From: Carcharhinus longimanus
Lineage: Eukaryota
Direction: 5' to 3'
Assembly (NCBI GenBank): GCA_030264375.1
Contig: JASCQW010000139.1
Location: forward strand, 17,488,686 to 17,552,685
DNA: 64,000 bases
The notes beneath the pieces were generated by a model. That model was not told the DNA's origin. It searched no databases and was given only the letters and a program-made list of their open reading frames with translations. Position 1 is the first letter of the stretch, and each line of letters starts with the position of its first letter. A program made the translations under genes and the position numbers. Positions 59,650 through 64,000 of the stretch are shown piece after piece.

Positions 59650-60066
59650 AACTCATTTATGGGATGTGGACATCACTGGCTAGGCCAGTATTTATTGCCC
59701 ATCCCAATTGACCTCAAGGTGGTGGTGGTGAGCAGCTTCCTAGAATTGCTGCAGTCTAAGTGGAGGAGGTACACCCACAATGCTGTTAGGAGAGATTATC
59801 ACAATTCTGACCCAGCAGAGATATATTTCCAAGTCAGGACAGTGAGTTCTTTGGAAGGGAACTTCCAGATGGTGGTGTGCCCATGTATCTGTTGCTCTTG
59901 CCCTCCTAGATGATAGCAGTCATGGGTTTGGAATGTGTTGTCTGAGGAGCCTTAGTGAGCTCCGGCAGTGCATCTTGTAGATGGTATACACTGTTGCCAC
60001 TGTTCATTGGTGATGGAGATTGAATGTTAGTGGAAAAGTGCCAATCAAATGGGCTGCTTTGTCCTG
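59650..60066 (-). mobile_element. 3' end of LINE family A
   Basis: ctcatttatgggatgtggacatcactggctaggccagtatttattgcccatcccaatt is the reverse complement of the family A tail. Confidence 0.78.
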
Positions 60067-60214
60067 AACTAATATTCACTGCATTGGGCTAGGAAGAATG
60101 AAAAAAAGCCAGCATCTTTATTTCTAATAATTATATAGTGACCGCTGTAGGAAATAATGCACATCAGGAAAAGAAAGATTAGGCCCAGCTGCAATGTTGC
60201 CTACCAAGTTTATA

Positions 60215-61041
60215 AACATTTTATAAATGACCTAGATGAGGGTGCAAGAGGATGGGTTAGTAAATTTGCAGACGACACTAAAGTCGGAGGAGTTGCAGAC
60301 AGTGAGGATGGATGTTAGTTTGCAGAGGGACATAGATAAGCTGCAGAGCTGGGCTGAGGGGTGGCAAATGGAGTTTAATGCGGAAAAGTGTGAGGTGATT
60401 CACTTCGGAAAGAGTAACAGGATTAGAGAATATAGGGCGAATGGAAGGACTCTTGGTAGTGCGGATGAGCAGAGAGATCTGTGTATACGTGCATAGGTCC
60501 CTGAAAGTTGGCACCCAGGTTGATAAGGTTGTTAAGAAGGCGTGTTACCTTTTGAAGATGTGTTACCTTTTATTGGTAGAGGGATTGAATTTCAGAGCTG
60601 TGAGATCATGTTGCAACTGTACAAAACTCTGGTGTGGCCGCACTTGGAGTATTGCATACAATTCTGGTCGCTGCATTATAAGAAAGATGTGGAGGCATTG
60701 GAAAGGGTGCAGAGGGGGTTTACCAGGATGTTGCCTGGTATGGTGGGAAGGTCTTATGAGGAAAGGCTGAGGGACTTGAGGTTATTTTCATTGNNNNNNN
60801 NNNNNNNNNNNNNNNNNNNNNNNNNNNNNNNNNNNNNNNNNNNNNNNNNNNNNNNNNNNNNNNNNNNNNNNNNNNNNNNNNNNNNNNNNNNNNAGGGCGT
60901 TCAAATGGTCAGTGGATAGGCATATGGATAACACTGGAATAGTTTAGGTTAGAGGGTCATTAGATTCGTTCCACTGGTCGGCACAACATAGAGGGCCGAA
61001 GGGCCTGTACCGCGCTGTAATGTTCTATGTCTATGTTCTAA
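60215..61041 (+). mobile_element. Relatively young CR1 LINE 3' portion (contains a gap)
   Basis: KFADDTK-encoding aaatttgcagacgacactaaa; WQMEFNAEKCEVIHFG; LYKTLVWPHLEYCIQFWS; tail tgttctatgtctatgttcta. Confidence 0.9.
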
Positions 61042-61555
61042 GTCTATATTCAGAGGTACAAATTATCATTTAGGCAAAGGGCCACAAGATGGCTGAAAAC
61101 TGCACTATTGTAAGAGCATTATGAAGTGGGGAAGGGGAGAAATTCTGAAAATAAAACATTTAACAATGCAATTATTTTATACAATAGGCAACTTTTTCAT
61201 TTAGTTTGCTGATCCATTCATTCTGATCTAACCAGTCTTCACAAGGCACCTTTTCACCTCACTTTTTAACGTTCAGTTAACAATAAAAGACCAGGCACCC
61301 AGTAATCAACAATGTTTAGGAGGCATCCACTTTCAAAACAAAGAACTCAAATCCAAATTTCACAGGCTTGGTGGGCTGAAGGGCCTGCTCCTGTGCTGTA
61401 TTTTTCTTTGTTTTCTTAAAATGGGTCAGGTTCTGAGCACTTAATTTTACCAAACAATTAGCATTCTGGAAAAGGGTGTTTAACAACCACCACAAAGTGA
61501 AACAATCAGCTTCGTGGAAAAGTAAAACAGCTTTTGTCTCCAACACGGTGCAGTA

Positions 61556-62335
61556 AACAAAGAAAATTACAGCACAGGAACAGGCCCTTCAGCCCTCCAA
61601 GCCTGCACTGACCATGCTCCCCTACTCTTCCAGGGACCATATCTCTCTATTCCCTTCCTATTCATGTATTTGTCAAGACGCCCCTTAAAAGTCACTACGT
61701 ATCCCCTTCCATTACCTCCCTTGGCAACGTGTTCCAGGCACCCACTACTATGTAAAAAATCTGCCTTGTACATCTCCTTTAAACTTGCCCTTTGAGCCTT
61801 AAATCTGTGCCTCCTAGTAACTGATTCTTCCACCCTGGGAAAAAACTTCTGACTCTCCACTCTGTCTGTGCCTCTCAATCTTGTAGACTTCTATCAGGTT
61901 GCCCCTCAACCTCTGTCGTTCCAGTGAGAAAAAACCAAGATTCTCCAACATCTCCTCATAGATAATGTCCTCCACACCTGGTAAGATCCTGGTAAACCTT
62001 TTCTGTACCCTCTCCAAAGCCTCCACTGGTAGTGTGGCGACCAGAATTGAACACTATATTCCAAATGCGGCCTAAGGTTCTATAAAGTTGCAACATGACT
62101 TGCCAATTTTTAAACTCAATGCCGCGGCCAATGAAGGCAAGCATGTCGTATGCCTTCTTGAGTATCTTCTCCACCTGCGCTGCCACTTTTAGTGACCTGT
62201 GCACCTGTACACCCAGATCCCTTTGCCTATCAATACTCTTAAGGGTTCTGCCATTTACTGCATATTTCCTATCTGTATAAGACCTTCCAAAATGCATTAC
62301 TTCACATTTGTCCAGATTAAACACCATCTGCCAGT
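61556..62335 (-). mobile_element. CR1 LINE 3' portion
   Basis: ORF 61956..62363 (WQMVFNLDKCEVMHFGR...RDLGVQVHRSLK) and ORF 61814..62026 (ALERVQKRFTR...LRGNLIEVYKI). Tail gaagggcctgttcctgtgctgtaattttctttgtt. Confidence 0.9.
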
Positions 62336-64000
62336 GCATCTTCATAGCTATAAAGTGGTTCAACTAGCTGAAAATATACCACGCGAAGCTGGCACAAGTA
62401 GCCACAATAAAAAAAATTTAAACAATTCTTACCTTGTTTGACATTAAATATTCCTCTATACAACAGTGAGGGTAACAAGCTAAAGCACTTGTATGTTGTT
62501 TGTGCCTCCTGCTCTCAAGCATGAAGCTGCAGTATGCTTTGATATAAAAGCTCTCTTCCTGTCTTGATAACTAGAAACTACGTTTGGGAAATGTATCAAA
62601 AGACCCAATAGGATGATGAATAACAAATGGATTGAACCTGATCCATATTCAGCAGAAATGAACTGTCTGACTGCCAAACAGCACATTTTCCACACCCTGC
62701 AGTGTACACACACAGTTAAAATACCCACATGTTCTTTAACCTCATCAGATAATGGGAAAATGCTACAAGCAAAAACTTTTCCAAAAATGGATAGGTTTTT
62801 TAGTCACTGAATGTCTCTTGGCTGCAATAACACGCACTCCTCACAGTAAGCACATTCCAATCAACTTTCCTGACTAAATTTGTTTTTGTTGATTATCACG
62901 CAGCTGGTTCTAATGTTACATTATATTATAGAAGAGATTAATTGGAGACAAAAGTCATTTTAACCAATTACTTCTTTTTGACATTCTTCAAACAAAAAGA
63001 TTGTTAACTTTTCAGCAAATTAATCCAAAATAATTTGGTAATTTACTGAAAACTAATTTTCAATGATGTGTTGTATTAAACCACCTGACAGGAGTTCCAG
63101 TGGCTCTTTTAGTGAATGGACTGGCTAGTGCGGAACTGAACGGCAGCAACTTTAAGATCCCAAGGTCATTCACTGGCCTGTGCGATGTTAGGGGGGAGGC
63201 AGAGAGGTGACCTCAGAACCTGTGGGCTAGCAAATGGAAAAGGCAGCTGTCAGCAGTTCTGCTCCCTGCAAGTTGCTAGATAACCAAATAGCTGCTGGCA
63301 TTTTTGTGCATACAGACCCTCTGAGGCCAAATTCAAGCTGGACTAGGTTGCATCTTTCCCACAAGTAGCTTGAAATATTCACACAGTAGTTTTACAGGGT
63401 AGAAGGGAGGAAGAAAGAAAAAGAGAGGACAAAGATAGGGAGGAGGAAAAATGTCTTCCATGATGAAGCTGTCATTCTCTAATACTCATTTTAAATATTT
63501 GATGGCTGAATAGGTTAAATCTAGATATTGACTCCATATGTTCTGTATAAGCAAGAACTGGTTATTAACCAGATTAAAGAGCAAAAGAAAAAGGGGTAGA
63601 TAATACTTGATTTAAAAAGATCTTTATTTTCACTTGCTTCAGACGTTAAGATGTGCCTTCTATTGAAACCAATATGCTCTTGTATTGTTTTCTTGCATCT
63701 TTATGGCAAAGCAAAATTCAAAGTAGCTCCCATGGTTTCTCAAGATTTTTAAATGCATGTCTCATAGCCAAGAACACAATTCGGACGGAGAAGCCAATTT
63801 TACTGCAAGACTGAAAACTGTAACATACATACTCCTATGATTTTTTTTATTTTGACATGTTTCATTTAAGGCCTGAAGAGCAAATTATCACTTGCAGACT
63901 ATCAAAACTAAAACATGATTCTTGCATGCTCATTTTACAGATAGTTAAAACGTTCAGCTTATGTTGCTCGTTTCTTTGATGACCTGCAAATTTTATTTTT

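Noticed and set aside
62433-62479. 47-nt AG/GT-bounded candidate exon on the minus strand with a strong AAG|gtaaga donor
   Set aside because: No frame resembles GIT1, and the polypyrimidine tract is poor.
47424-64000. Upstream GIT1 exons (e.g. FEELAMDVYDEVDRRENDA)
   Set aside because: No matching codons found by eye. They are presumably outside the window or inside a gap.

Overview
AT-rich, repeat-rich eukaryotic genomic DNA from a gapped assembly (10 N-runs). The repeat content (HE1-type tRNA-derived V-SINEs, CR1-group LINEs, Penelope-type terminal repeats) points to a shark. The only host gene I can support is the 3' part of GIT1 (ARF GTPase-activating protein GIT1) on the minus strand. 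Ten coding exons from 47423 down to the stop at 8530 splice in frame, 1346 nt in total, all with GT-AG borders. They encode part of the Spa2-homology region, the coiled coil and the C-terminal paxillin-binding domain, followed by a probable ~4.7 kb 3' UTR. The ArfGAP/ankyrin exons were not found and presumably lie beyond 64000. The rest is intronic or intergenic sequence with decayed transposons; nearly all ORFs in the six-frame track are spurious or retroelement fragments. The most unusual features are: a composite element headed by U2 snRNA fragments, antisense and just upstream of a GIT1 acceptor; a CR1-group LINE carrying a tRNA-SINE-like 5' head shared with short non-autonomous copies; a sense-oriented solo LTR with intact TSD and promoter/poly(A) motifs; a likely RBFOX-regulated cassette exon with an atypical GTTAAGT donor; and a ~580 bp decayed palindrome beside an exon. 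Family names and orthologue comparisons come from recalled sequences, not from searches, and repeat boundaries are approximate.
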